NCBI GenBank assembly: GCA_040756435.1
Contig: JBFLZD010000006.1
Location: 26,145 to 90,144, forward strand
DNA from: Spirochaetota bacterium
GTDB taxonomy: Bacteria > Spirochaetota > UBA4802 > UB4802
Direction: 5' to 3'
DNA: 64,000 nucleotides
Part shown: positions 28,661-37,106 of the stretch, in pieces
Numbering within the stretch: the stretch's first letter is position 1
Layout: each line of letters begins with the position of its first letter
Position numbers and translations under genes: made by a program
The notes under the pieces: generated by a model
Seen by the model: the letters and a program-made list of their open reading frames with translations, nothing else
Database searches by the model: none
What the model was told of the DNA's origin: nothing

Positions 28661-31126
28661 ATGCAGGAAAAGGAATATAAACCCAAGCAAATTGAAAAAA
28701 AGTGGCAGGACCGATGGAATAACGAGAAGGTATTTTTATCAAAACGTGATAAAAACAGGCAAAAGTATTATATATTAGAAATGTTTCCATATCCATCTGG
28801 TAGAATACACATGGGTCATGTGCGCAATTATTCAATTGGCGATGTTGTAGCACGTTATAAACGAATGCAGGGCTTTAATGTATTCCATCCCATGGGATGG
28901 GATGCATTTGGCTTACCTGCAGAAAATGCTGCTATCAAGCATAATATTCCTCCTAAAAAATGGACAGATGACAATATTGCTTATATGAAAAAGCAATTTA
29001 AGATGTTAGGGTACTCTTATGATTGGGAAAGGGAGATAGCAACCCATACACCTGAATATTATAAATGGAATCAATATGTTTTTATCAAGATGTACGAGAA
29101 AGGACTGGCCTATAAGCGCAAAGCACCGGTTAACTGGTGCCCAACGTGCAATACAGTGCTTGCCAATGAACAGGTTGAAAATGGAGTATGCTGGCGATGT
29201 GAAACACAGGTAACCCAGCGTGAACTTGAGCAATGGTTTTTTAAAATAACCGATTATGCTGAGGATCTGTTATCAGGCCATGATATTCTAAAAGAGGGTT
29301 GGCCTGAACGTGTTATTGTAATGCAGAGAAACTGGATAGGTAAATCAACAGGACTGGTTGTAAATTTCAAGGTTGCTGATACTGGTGAAGACTTCCCAAT
29401 TTTTACCACGCGTCCCGATACTATTTACGGTGTAACTTTTATGGTAATAGCTCCTGAACATCCATTTCTGGAGCGAGTAAAAGACTCAAAAGTAAAGGAA
29501 TTTATAAAAAGAATCAAAGAGCAGTCTCTGGTAGACAGGCTTTCTGAAGAAAAAGAAAAAGAAGGCATAGATACCGGAATAAAAATCATAAACCCATTTA
29601 ACGGTGATATTGTCCCTCTGTATGTGGGTAATTTTGTTCTTATGGAATATGGAACAGGTGCTATTATGGCAGTACCCGCACATGATACACGTGACTTTGC
29701 ATTTGCTAAAAAATATGGAATTCCTATAAAGCTGGTTATTGATAATCCTTCTTTGCCCATTGATGTTGCATCAATGAAAGATGCATATGTGGATGATGGT
29801 GTATGTGTGAATTCCGGTCCCTTTACAGGTATGGCTAATAAGAATGCCATTGAAGCAATATCAGATTATGCTGAAAAAGAAGGTATAGGCTACAAAAAAG
29901 TAAATTACCGCCTAAAAGATTGGCTTATATCACGACAGCGATACTGGGGCTGCCCTATACCAATTGTGTATTGTGAAAAGTGTGGTGCACAGCCTGTAGC
30001 TTATGATACCTTGCCGGTGGTATTGCCAACGGATGTTGATTTTCATGGTGATTCTCGATCACCACTTACCATGATGCCCGAATTTTATGAAACCAAATGT
30101 CCACACTGTGGAGGGAAAGCAAAACGTGAAACAGATACCATGGATACTTTTGTTGATTCTTCATGGTATTTTGCAAAGTTTACTTCTCCTCATTCAAAGG
30201 AAATTTTTGATTTTGATGAGGTCAATTACTGGACTCCCGTTGATCAATACATTGGTGGAATAGAACATGCATGTATGCATTTGCTCTATGCTCGTTTTTT
30301 TACCATGGTGCTTAATGATCTTGGAATCCTTAAATACCGCGAACCGTTTACACGTCTTTTAACTCAGGGCATGGTTATTAAAGATGGAGCAAAGATGAGT
30401 AAATCCAAGGGCAATATTGTGGATCCTGATGATATCATAGACAAATATGGTGCTGATACTGTACGACTATTCATGCTTTTTGCAGCTCCACCTGAAAAGG
30501 ATCTGGATTGGTCGGATAAGGGTGTTGAAGGTTGCTATCGCTTTGTGAATAGAGTATGGCGCATTGTTCAGAAATATAGTGATTGTTATACAAAATATAA
30601 TTTTGATGGTATAGTGTTAGATACTGCGTTAAAAAATTTAAGAGGCGAAATTCATCGCACGGTCAAATCAGTGACGCATGATATAGAAAATAGAATGCAA
30701 TTTAATACAGCAATTGCCCGTATGATGGAATTGGTAAACGCGTTGTATCAGGTAAATGAAGAAATGATACGAACAGATGCCGGGAAAATGGTAGTATCCG
30801 AATTGTTTGATAAACTATTGCCAATGCTTGGACCGTTTGTGCCACATCTTGCCGAAGAATTATGGGAGGTCCTGGGGCATAAAAATTTTATTCTGGATGA
30901 GCCATGGCCTGATTTCAAAGAAGAGCTTACCGCAAAGGATGAAATAGAAGTTGTGTTCCAGATAAATGGAAAGATACGGTCAAAACGAAATGTCCCTGCT
31001 GATATTACAAAAGAAGAAATGGAAAAGGTAGCTCTTGATGATGACAGAATTAAAGAGATGATAGCGGGGAAAACAGTCAGAAAAGTAATAGTTGTGCCTG
31101 GAAAATTGGTTAATATTGTCATGTAG
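28661..31126 (+). CDS. leuS: leucine-tRNA ligase
   Basis: HIGH-type motif PYPSGRIHMGH, KMSKS motif, CP1 editing domain, 821 aa. Confidence 0.97.
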   Translation: MQEKEYKPKQIEKKWQDRWNNEKVFLSKRDKNRQKYYILEMFPYPSGRIHMGHVRNYSIGDVVARYKRMQGFNVFHPMGWDAFGLPAENAAIKHNIPPKKWTDDNIAYMKKQFKMLGYSYDWEREIATHTPEYYKWNQYVFIKMYEKGLAYKRKAPVNWCPTCNTVLANEQVENGVCWRCETQVTQRELEQWFFKITDYAEDLLSGHDILKEGWPERVIVMQRNWIGKSTGLVVNFKVADTGEDFPIFTTRPDTIYGVTFMVIAPEHPFLERVKDSKVKEFIKRIKEQSLVDRLSEEKEKEGIDTGIKIINPFNGDIVPLYVGNFVLMEYGTGAIMAVPAHDTRDFAFAKKYGIPIKLVIDNPSLPIDVASMKDAYVDDGVCVNSGPFTGMANKNAIEAISDYAEKEGIGYKKVNYRLKDWLISRQRYWGCPIPIVYCEKCGAQPVAYDTLPVVLPTDVDFHGDSRSPLTMMPEFYETKCPHCGGKAKRETDTMDTFVDSSWYFAKFTSPHSKEIFDFDEVNYWTPVDQYIGGIEHACMHLLYARFFTMVLNDLGILKYREPFTRLLTQGMVIKDGAKMSKSKGNIVDPDDIIDKYGADTVRLFMLFAAPPEKDLDWSDKGVEGCYRFVNRVWRIVQKYSDCYTKYNFDGIVLDTALKNLRGEIHRTVKSVTHDIENRMQFNTAIARMMELVNALYQVNEEMIRTDAGKMVVSELFDKLLPMLGPFVPHLAEELWEVLGHKNFILDEPWPDFKEELTAKDEIEVVFQINGKIRSKRNVPADITKEEMEKVALDDDRIKEMIAGKTVRKVIVVPGKLVNIVM

Positions 31127-31132
31127 ATTATA

Positions 31133-31522
31133 TTATCTGAGTAGATACGCAGCTATACATAGTATTCCTGTGGCAATTCGAGCTATTGCATCAATAATCA
31201 ATGCAAAGCGGCTTCCTGTTTGCCCCAATTCCTCAAGTCCTTGAAAAAATATATTTTTTATCTTTTCAGGATAAATCAAAACGAATGGCCCAGAAAAGAC
31301 CACTATTAATCCAATGATGAAAAGTGGGGTAGATAAAGGGTTGGATGATGGGACCTGAGTTAATGGAAATCCCGCTACTATTAATGCAATCCCATAAAGA
31401 AAATACAACCTGCTTGAAGAAATTTGTATCCATAATTGTAACATTCGGGCAGGCATTACAAGTTCTAACAGCCCAATGGTTATAACATACATACCTACTA
31501 TCAGTATAAAAAGCATTACCAT
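31133..31522 (-). CDS. hypothetical integral membrane protein
   Basis: 129 aa with 4 hydrophobic helices; no recognisable motif. Confidence 0.55.
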   Translation of the reverse strand: MVMLFILIVGMYVITIGLLELVMPARMLQLWIQISSSRLYFLYGIALIVAGFPLTQVPSSNPLSTPLFIIGLIVVFSGPFVLIYPEKIKNIFFQGLEELGQTGSRFALIIDAIARIATGILCIAAYLLR

Positions 31523-31611
31523 GGGATATCCTGTCTGGTTAAAAAAATTAAAATGAGTATTGATACATTAAAAAAATTAGATTGTATTCAGTGTCAAGAT
31601 AATTCATAAAT

Positions 31612-31645
31612 AAAAAAAAGAGGCATATATCATAATGCCTCTTTT
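31612..31645 (-). terminator. Rho-independent terminator (hairpin usable in both directions)
   Basis: AAGAGGCAT-ATATCATA-ATGCCTCTT with A8 upstream and T4 downstream; 22 nt after the stop of the START-like gene. Confidence 0.75.
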
Positions 31646-31666
31646 ATCAATAATGAGTATTACTTA

Positions 31667-32308
31667 CTATTTTTTATCTCGTATCTTTTTACAGTATTTA
31701 TAAACACCTTTTAAAGTCTTTAATGGTTGATCTTTTGCTGCAATATTGACCACCCAGGCTGGTAGTGATCCACCTAATTCAGCATGCACCTGATAAATAA
31801 CTTCTACATGATTTTCATCTTTTTTGATTATATCCCATCTCCCTTTTAAAGATGTCATTCGTACTAAACCACTGTCATTTTTATAAGTACTATCATTTAC
31901 TGATGACATGTTTACCCACGCGGTTCCTTTTTTCTCATCCCAGCCGCATTCAACTTTAACAACAACATCTCGATCAGTAACAACAGGAAGGTCAAGGATG
32001 AAATACATATCAAGATCTTTTGGATTGCGTACATTTATTGGATATAATGCATTACACATGCCATACCATTTGTGGTAATTATTGTAGTCCTGAATAACTT
32101 TCAGAGCAATATCAAAAGGAATATCTGAAAAACTAACACCTTTAAATTCTTTATACGGTGATCCGGGAATGTCTCGCGTATAAATTTGTAATGAAGCTTG
32201 ATCTTCTTTACTTTCATGTACTAATTTCCAATTTGATTGTTGTGAAAAAACAATGATTGAAATGCTTGCAAAAATAATTGTTAAAGAGAAAGTTAAAAGC
32301 CTTTTCAT
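31667..32308 (-). CDS. secreted START/SRPBCC-like lipid-binding protein
   Basis: Signal peptide MKRLLTFSLTIIFASISIIVFS, then START-like pattern (WKLV..KEDQASLQIYTRDIPGSPYKEFKGV..., WVVNIAAKDQPLKTLKGV). Confidence 0.65.
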   Translation of the reverse strand: MKRLLTFSLTIIFASISIIVFSQQSNWKLVHESKEDQASLQIYTRDIPGSPYKEFKGVSFSDIPFDIALKVIQDYNNYHKWYGMCNALYPINVRNPKDLDMYFILDLPVVTDRDVVVKVECGWDEKKGTAWVNMSSVNDSTYKNDSGLVRMTSLKGRWDIIKKDENHVEVIYQVHAELGGSLPAWVVNIAAKDQPLKTLKGVYKYCKKIRDKK

Positions 32309-32403
32309 GACAAACCTCCTTTTAAAAATTAATGTGATAAAATTTATTTGTAATTACTCTTTATTCGTTAATAAATTATCAGGTAAAAATATATTCTAAT
32401 TGA

Positions 32404-32482
32404 GGGTGTCCCAAAAGGAACATCTTTGCAATGACTTTGCACCTGCATCATAGAGAGCCATACTGTTTGTTTTGGGACACCC
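32404..32482. repeat. structured intergenic repeat element, short copy
   Basis: Perfect 13-bp terminal inverted repeat GGGTGTCCCAAAA (32404-32416) / TTTTGGGACACCC (32470-32482). Arms are homologous to the element at 23815..24044. Confidence 0.75.
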
Positions 32483-32508
32483 CAATGGACATTCTGCAAT
32501 AAATAATA

Positions 32509-33687
32509 TTAATTAACCTTTTCAACAAGCAATGCTCCTGCATTGCCAAAAGCACCGCACAGGGAAGCCAATCCATATTTAGCATCAGGAAACTCAGTTG
32601 CCAGCACATTTAACAGTGTTATAATTATTCGTGCACCTGATTCACCTAACGGATGACCTAATGCGATAGCACCACCCCAAACATTCACACGCTTAAATGG
32701 AGCATTATCATTATCAAGTTTTAATTCTCGTATACATGCTAATGACTGGCTTGCAAAAGCTTCATTTAATTCAATTGCTCCAACTTCGTCTAAATTTAAA
32801 CCAGTCCGTGCAATTAGTTTCTTTATAGCAGGAATTGGTCCAATTCCCATTACAGTAGGATCACATCCTGCTAATACACCATAAGAATATTTATACCGAT
32901 AAGACAGGCCCAGTTTATCAGCTTTTTCACGGCTCATAAGAAGCAATGCACAGGCACCCTGTGTGAGTGGTGACGATGTTGCAGCTGTGACAACACCATT
33001 GGGCTTGAATGGTGACATCATGGTTTTCATTTTTTCAACATCAACTTTCTCGCGCACCCACTGATCTCTATCTACCAGAATTTCTTTTCCGTCATCATCC
33101 AACCCTTTTATAGGAACTATCTCCTTTTTAAATTTCCCTGCTATAGTTGCTTCCCATGCTTTTTTATTTGACCACACAGCCATGTTTTCCATATCTTCCC
33201 GGGAAATGTTATATTGTTCAGCAACCTTTTCAGCTGTTGCACCCATTAAAAGATCCGCTCCATTATAATATTTTAACAATCGTGGAGGAAAATCCATGTT
33301 GGCACCCATTGGTACTTTTTCCATATCTTCAACACCCGCAGCAATTATAACATCTGCTTCGCCAGTCATAATTGCTCGTGCGGCATGCATGGTGGCTGAC
33401 ATGCCTGATGGGCATTGATTGGTCAAAGTATTGGTGGGAACTGAATCTGGTAATCCAGATGCTAACCATGCTAACCTGCCGATATCATTCTGCATGCCTG
33501 ATGGATTAGCACAACCAACAAAAACAGCATCAACCATATCAGGAGCAACTTTGCTGTTTCGCTCAAAAAGTGCATTGTACACTGGTGTTAATAACTCATC
33601 GGGCCTTAAGTGTCTGAACCAGCCTTTTTCACGATGAGCTCTGCCGTTTGGTGTTCGGACACCATCAATGAATACACATTCTCTCAT
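32509..33687 (-). CDS. acetyl-CoA acyltransferase (thiolase)
   Basis: Active-site Cys region NQCPSGMSA, GHPLGESGARI, C-terminal CGAFGNAGALLVE. Confidence 0.93.
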   Translation of the reverse strand: MRECVFIDGVRTPNGRAHREKGWFRHLRPDELLTPVYNALFERNSKVAPDMVDAVFVGCANPSGMQNDIGRLAWLASGLPDSVPTNTLTNQCPSGMSATMHAARAIMTGEADVIIAAGVEDMEKVPMGANMDFPPRLLKYYNGADLLMGATAEKVAEQYNISREDMENMAVWSNKKAWEATIAGKFKKEIVPIKGLDDDGKEILVDRDQWVREKVDVEKMKTMMSPFKPNGVVTAATSSPLTQGACALLLMSREKADKLGLSYRYKYSYGVLAGCDPTVMGIGPIPAIKKLIARTGLNLDEVGAIELNEAFASQSLACIRELKLDNDNAPFKRVNVWGGAIALGHPLGESGARIIITLLNVLATEFPDAKYGLASLCGAFGNAGALLVEKVN

Positions 33688-33712
33688 TGGTACCTCTCTT
33701 GTTCTCTAATTA

Positions 33713-35590
33713 TTATTTTGTTTTGACTTTCACTTTCTTTTTTGAATGTAGAAACGTATCAATTGCCATTTGCCGTAATATTTTTTTATCTACTTTTTCA
33801 ACTGCGGTTCGGGGAAGTTCATCCACTATTTGGATAAACTTGGGTACTGCGTATTTTGCAACTTTTGATTGAAGGTATTTTAATATATCTTGTTCTTTTG
33901 TTTTATTTTTGAATTGTGGATACAACTGAACAAAAAGAACAACTACTTCGCTGCCTTCTTTTTCAGGATTTGGTATTCCAACCGTTGCAGCTGCTTCAAC
34001 ATGGGGATGTTCTCCGACGATATCATCAATTTCTTTTGAATATACCTTGAAACCTGAGACATTAATCATATCTTTAGAACGGTCAACAATGTAAAAATAA
34101 CCATTTGAGTCTATCTGTACTATGTCACCCGTATGGATGAAACCTTCATCATCACAGCCACTATCGGGTTTTGGCCAGTATCCTAACATACGCTGTGGTC
34201 CCTTTAAAAGCATCTCGGCTCTTTTTCCAGCTAACATATCATCAATTGTCAGGATTTTACCGGTGTCAAAATCAAGAAAACGCACTTCAGTGTCAGGAAA
34301 TGGAACACCAATTGTTCTTCTTTTTTCCACTGATTTCTTTCCAGGCTTTTGACTTGTTTTTTTCATGCGATACGCAATAATTTTAGTAAAAATCCAGCCA
34401 AAGTTTCTTGTTCCTATTAAACGAAAGAGCTGATTGGTTAAGTAACTATTTCCAGGTATTGATGACAGGAGAGATACTAAGCGGACACCAAAACGCCCTC
34501 CTAAAATACGGTATATTACTGAAGGGTTAAGATGTGTCACAGGGGACATCTCTGAAAGGCCATACCCTTCCATTATCCCGCTATTTGAACGTTTTTCAAA
34601 CTCTTCCTGTGTCGACTCGGATAAAGGAGCTGATCCTGAAAGACCAATGATGCCTATGCCACTGAGATCTTCTTTAGCTAATTTCATGAATTGAGCGGGT
34701 ACACCTATCTGCATAACTGGATAGTGCTTCTTTATATTTTCAACCATTGATTTAGTATCACGGGGATCGTTGATAATGATGATATTAAATCCAAAAAGCA
34801 TCATTGTATGCATGAGGCAATGGCCGTAGGTATGGAAAAATGGTAATCCCAATATAACAGATATTGCTCCCTTGAATGTCAATCCTCCTGCGCCTAATGC
34901 ATGAAGATTCTGTATACAGTTAGCATATATGTTTCTATGTGTGAGCATACAGCCTTTTGGAATACCAGTGGTACCACCGGTAAAAATCAATGTTTCGATA
35001 TCAGTTTCAACATTGATGGGAACGGGATTAATAATTCCTGAAGAATTCTGGATTAATGAGTATAACTCATATACAGTGGAACCTGATATTTTTATTTTAT
35101 CTGTATCGATAGTTGGAATAGAATTGCTGGTACGTGTGTTTGCAATAATGATGGTTCTGACACGTGTCTTTTTAATCAAACTTGTGACAATTTTAATATC
35201 ATTGCTGGTACAAAGTATAGCTTTAGGTTTACCTTCTTTAAATTTGTGTTCAAGAGCTTCAGCAGGTTCAAGTGAACTACAGGGCAGATGGATGAGTCCT
35301 GCTTTTGAAATTGCGTAATCAGCAATAATAAATTCTGTAGAAGTGGGTAAAATCGTTGCAACAATATCATTTTTCATTAATCCAAAAGACTGGAGGCCAG
35401 AAGCTAATCGGTTTACATAGTCAAGAAGCTGTGGATATGATATAAAATAATCCTTTTGTAGGAGACCATTTTTTTTATATTTTTTTGCAGCTATTTCAAG
35501 AATATCATATACAGGTTTATCAGGATAGGGCTTAAATGTTTTTGGTATACCTAACACTTTATATTCTTTGTACCAGGGTAAAGTTTCCAT
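33713..35590 (-). CDS. acyl-CoA synthetase (AMP-forming) with an internal insertion of about 65 aa
   Basis: LIFTGGTTGIPKGCMLTH, EGYGLSEMSP, HTGD motifs. Extra basic/hydrophobic segment lies between SPVTHLNP and RRTIGVPFPDTEV. Confidence 0.88.
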   Translation of the reverse strand: METLPWYKEYKVLGIPKTFKPYPDKPVYDILEIAAKKYKKNGLLQKDYFISYPQLLDYVNRLASGLQSFGLMKNDIVATILPTSTEFIIADYAISKAGLIHLPCSSLEPAEALEHKFKEGKPKAILCTSNDIKIVTSLIKKTRVRTIIIANTRTSNSIPTIDTDKIKISGSTVYELYSLIQNSSGIINPVPINVETDIETLIFTGGTTGIPKGCMLTHRNIYANCIQNLHALGAGGLTFKGAISVILGLPFFHTYGHCLMHTMMLFGFNIIIINDPRDTKSMVENIKKHYPVMQIGVPAQFMKLAKEDLSGIGIIGLSGSAPLSESTQEEFEKRSNSGIMEGYGLSEMSPVTHLNPSVIYRILGGRFGVRLVSLLSSIPGNSYLTNQLFRLIGTRNFGWIFTKIIAYRMKKTSQKPGKKSVEKRRTIGVPFPDTEVRFLDFDTGKILTIDDMLAGKRAEMLLKGPQRMLGYWPKPDSGCDDEGFIHTGDIVQIDSNGYFYIVDRSKDMINVSGFKVYSKEIDDIVGEHPHVEAAATVGIPNPEKEGSEVVVLFVQLYPQFKNKTKEQDILKYLQSKVAKYAVPKFIQIVDELPRTAVEKVDKKILRQMAIDTFLHSKKKVKVKTK

Positions 35591-35612
35591 TGTTATCCTC
35601 CAGGCGATTGAT

Positions 35613-35651
35613 AAAAAAACATCTCAACCACATGAAGATGTGGTTGAGATG
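35613..35651 (-). terminator. Rho-independent terminator between the SCP2 gene and the acyl-CoA synthetase gene
   Basis: Perfect 14-bp stem CATCTCAACCACAT / ATGTGGTTGAGATG, 4-nt loop, U7 tract on the minus-strand transcript. Only 22 nt remain before the downstream ATG. Confidence 0.8.
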
Positions 35652-35664
35652 TAAAGCAAATCTA

Positions 35665-36222
35665 TCAAGTGAATAGGGGTTGGGTTGCCATTGCAAAACT
35701 CATATCACCTTCAATTTTCATTGCACCTGACATGAAAAGATTAACAGGATTTGTTTCCTTTTTCATTAAAGCAGCTGAATCTTTTGTTGTCATGCGGAAA
35801 ATTGATTGTGGTGATGTTGCACCGTTAAGTATTGCTTCAATGGTAAATTCAGAACCATCATCATTTTTTAATTTAGCAATAAAACTACCTTTCAAAGAAG
35901 ATAGAGCATTATATCGAGCTCTTGTCAGATCTTTTTGCATGCCTAACAGCATATCGAGATTATTGGTTTCAATCATTTTCTTTAAATCAGCTTCGGATAT
36001 TTTTAATCTCAGCATAGCATTGGCAATATCACCACATGTTTCAATATCCTTACCATCTTTAACCTTGAATCCATAGGATTTTCCATTAACTTCAACAACC
36101 ATGGTGATTTGAGTGCCACCAAGTTCTTTTGGTGCATTGGAATTTTGAAGCATTTCGGTTGCTACTTTTGGCATAATTTCTGTGAGAAACTGATCAATTG
36201 AAGTATTTGGTGCAATAACCAT
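35665..36222 (-). CDS. SCP2 sterol/lipid-carrier domain protein
   Basis: C-terminal SCP2 signature LFMSGAMKIEGDMSFAMATQPLF. Start at ATG 36222 (MVIAPNTS) after AAGGAGG; the 15-codon track extension is rejected. Confidence 0.8.
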   Translation of the reverse strand: MVIAPNTSIDQFLTEIMPKVATEMLQNSNAPKELGGTQITMVVEVNGKSYGFKVKDGKDIETCGDIANAMLRLKISEADLKKMIETNNLDMLLGMQKDLTRARYNALSSLKGSFIAKLKNDDGSEFTIEAILNGATSPQSIFRMTTKDSAALMKKETNPVNLFMSGAMKIEGDMSFAMATQPLFT

Positions 36223-36283
36223 AGTGGTCCTCCTTAAAAAATAATATTGTGTAAAATATTGTTGCAAATATAAAATTTTGCTT

Positions 36284-36307
36284 GTAATACTGACATGTCA
36301 GTATTAC
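36284..36307. promoter_or_regulatory. 24-bp perfect palindrome, candidate TetR operator
   Basis: GTAATACTGACA|TGTCAGTATTAC in the divergent SCP2/TetR intergenic region. Shares the core TACTGACATGTCAGTA with 37055..37092. Confidence 0.6.
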
Positions 36308-36424
36308 ATTGTTTTGTCAAGATTAATTTGTTAAAAAAATTATTTTTTAAAAAAATTTTTTTAAGATTTTAATTGTTTTTTATAACTCTTTGCCATTGAG
36401 TTGTGAAAATTATAGGAGGAAATA

Positions 36425-37039
36425 ATGACCAGGGCAGATGATACAAGAGATAAAATATTGCTTCATGCAAAGAGGTTATTTTCGGAAAAGGGCTATTATG
36501 CAACACAAATTTCAGATATTATTGAATCAGCAAAAATTGGACGTGGAACTGTTTATCAATATTTCTCCAATAAGGAACATCTTTTTATATCATTACTGGA
36601 AAGGTTTTTGATTGAATGGGAGAAATATATCAATGAACTATCGATCAAAGAAGATTTAGAAACAATATCTCCATATATGTATCTTAAAAAAAGGTTGTAT
36701 GAAGCATTCCATTTTTTCTTTGAAGATAGAGACCGTGCAAATATAATTTTACGTGCCGGTTTAGGCTTACCAGATCATTTTGAGCAAAAAATTCAGCATT
36801 TTGAAAACAAATTAATTACTATGATTATTGCTGATCTGAATATTGCAGTCAAATTTAATAATATTGGTAAAGATGTGGATCTAAATTTTATGGCTAATCT
36901 CATTGCTGGAGGAGTCTTCAGATTGGCCCATTATTATCTGACTATAACAATGGATGATACTATGTTACTAGGGGATTTAGAAGCAATATCTGATAAGGCC
37001 TCTAAGATTATTGCTCATGGTATTTTTAATAAAAAATAG
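36425..37039 (+). CDS. TetR/AcrR family regulator of the beta-oxidation cluster
   Basis: TetR HTH (ILLHAKRLFSEKGYYATQISDIIESAKIGRGTVYQYFSNKEHLF); flanked on both sides by the shared palindrome. Confidence 0.9.
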   Translation: MTRADDTRDKILLHAKRLFSEKGYYATQISDIIESAKIGRGTVYQYFSNKEHLFISLLERFLIEWEKYINELSIKEDLETISPYMYLKKRLYEAFHFFFEDRDRANIILRAGLGLPDHFEQKIQHFENKLITMIIADLNIAVKFNNIGKDVDLNFMANLIAGGVFRLAHYYLTITMDDTMLLGDLEAISDKASKIIAHGIFNKK

Positions 37040-37054
37040 TTGACTAATTTTAAT

Positions 37055-37092
37055 AATAAAATAAGTACTGACATGTCAGTACTTATTTTATT
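37055..37092. promoter_or_regulatory. 38-bp perfect palindrome, candidate TetR operator and/or RNA hairpin
   Basis: AATAAAATAAGTACTGACA|TGTCAGTACTTATTTTATT, 16 nt after the TetR stop. It ends 2 nt before the AAGGAGG SD of the first acyl-CoA dehydrogenase. Confidence 0.6.
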
Positions 37093-37106
37093 AAGGAGGT
37101 TATCGT

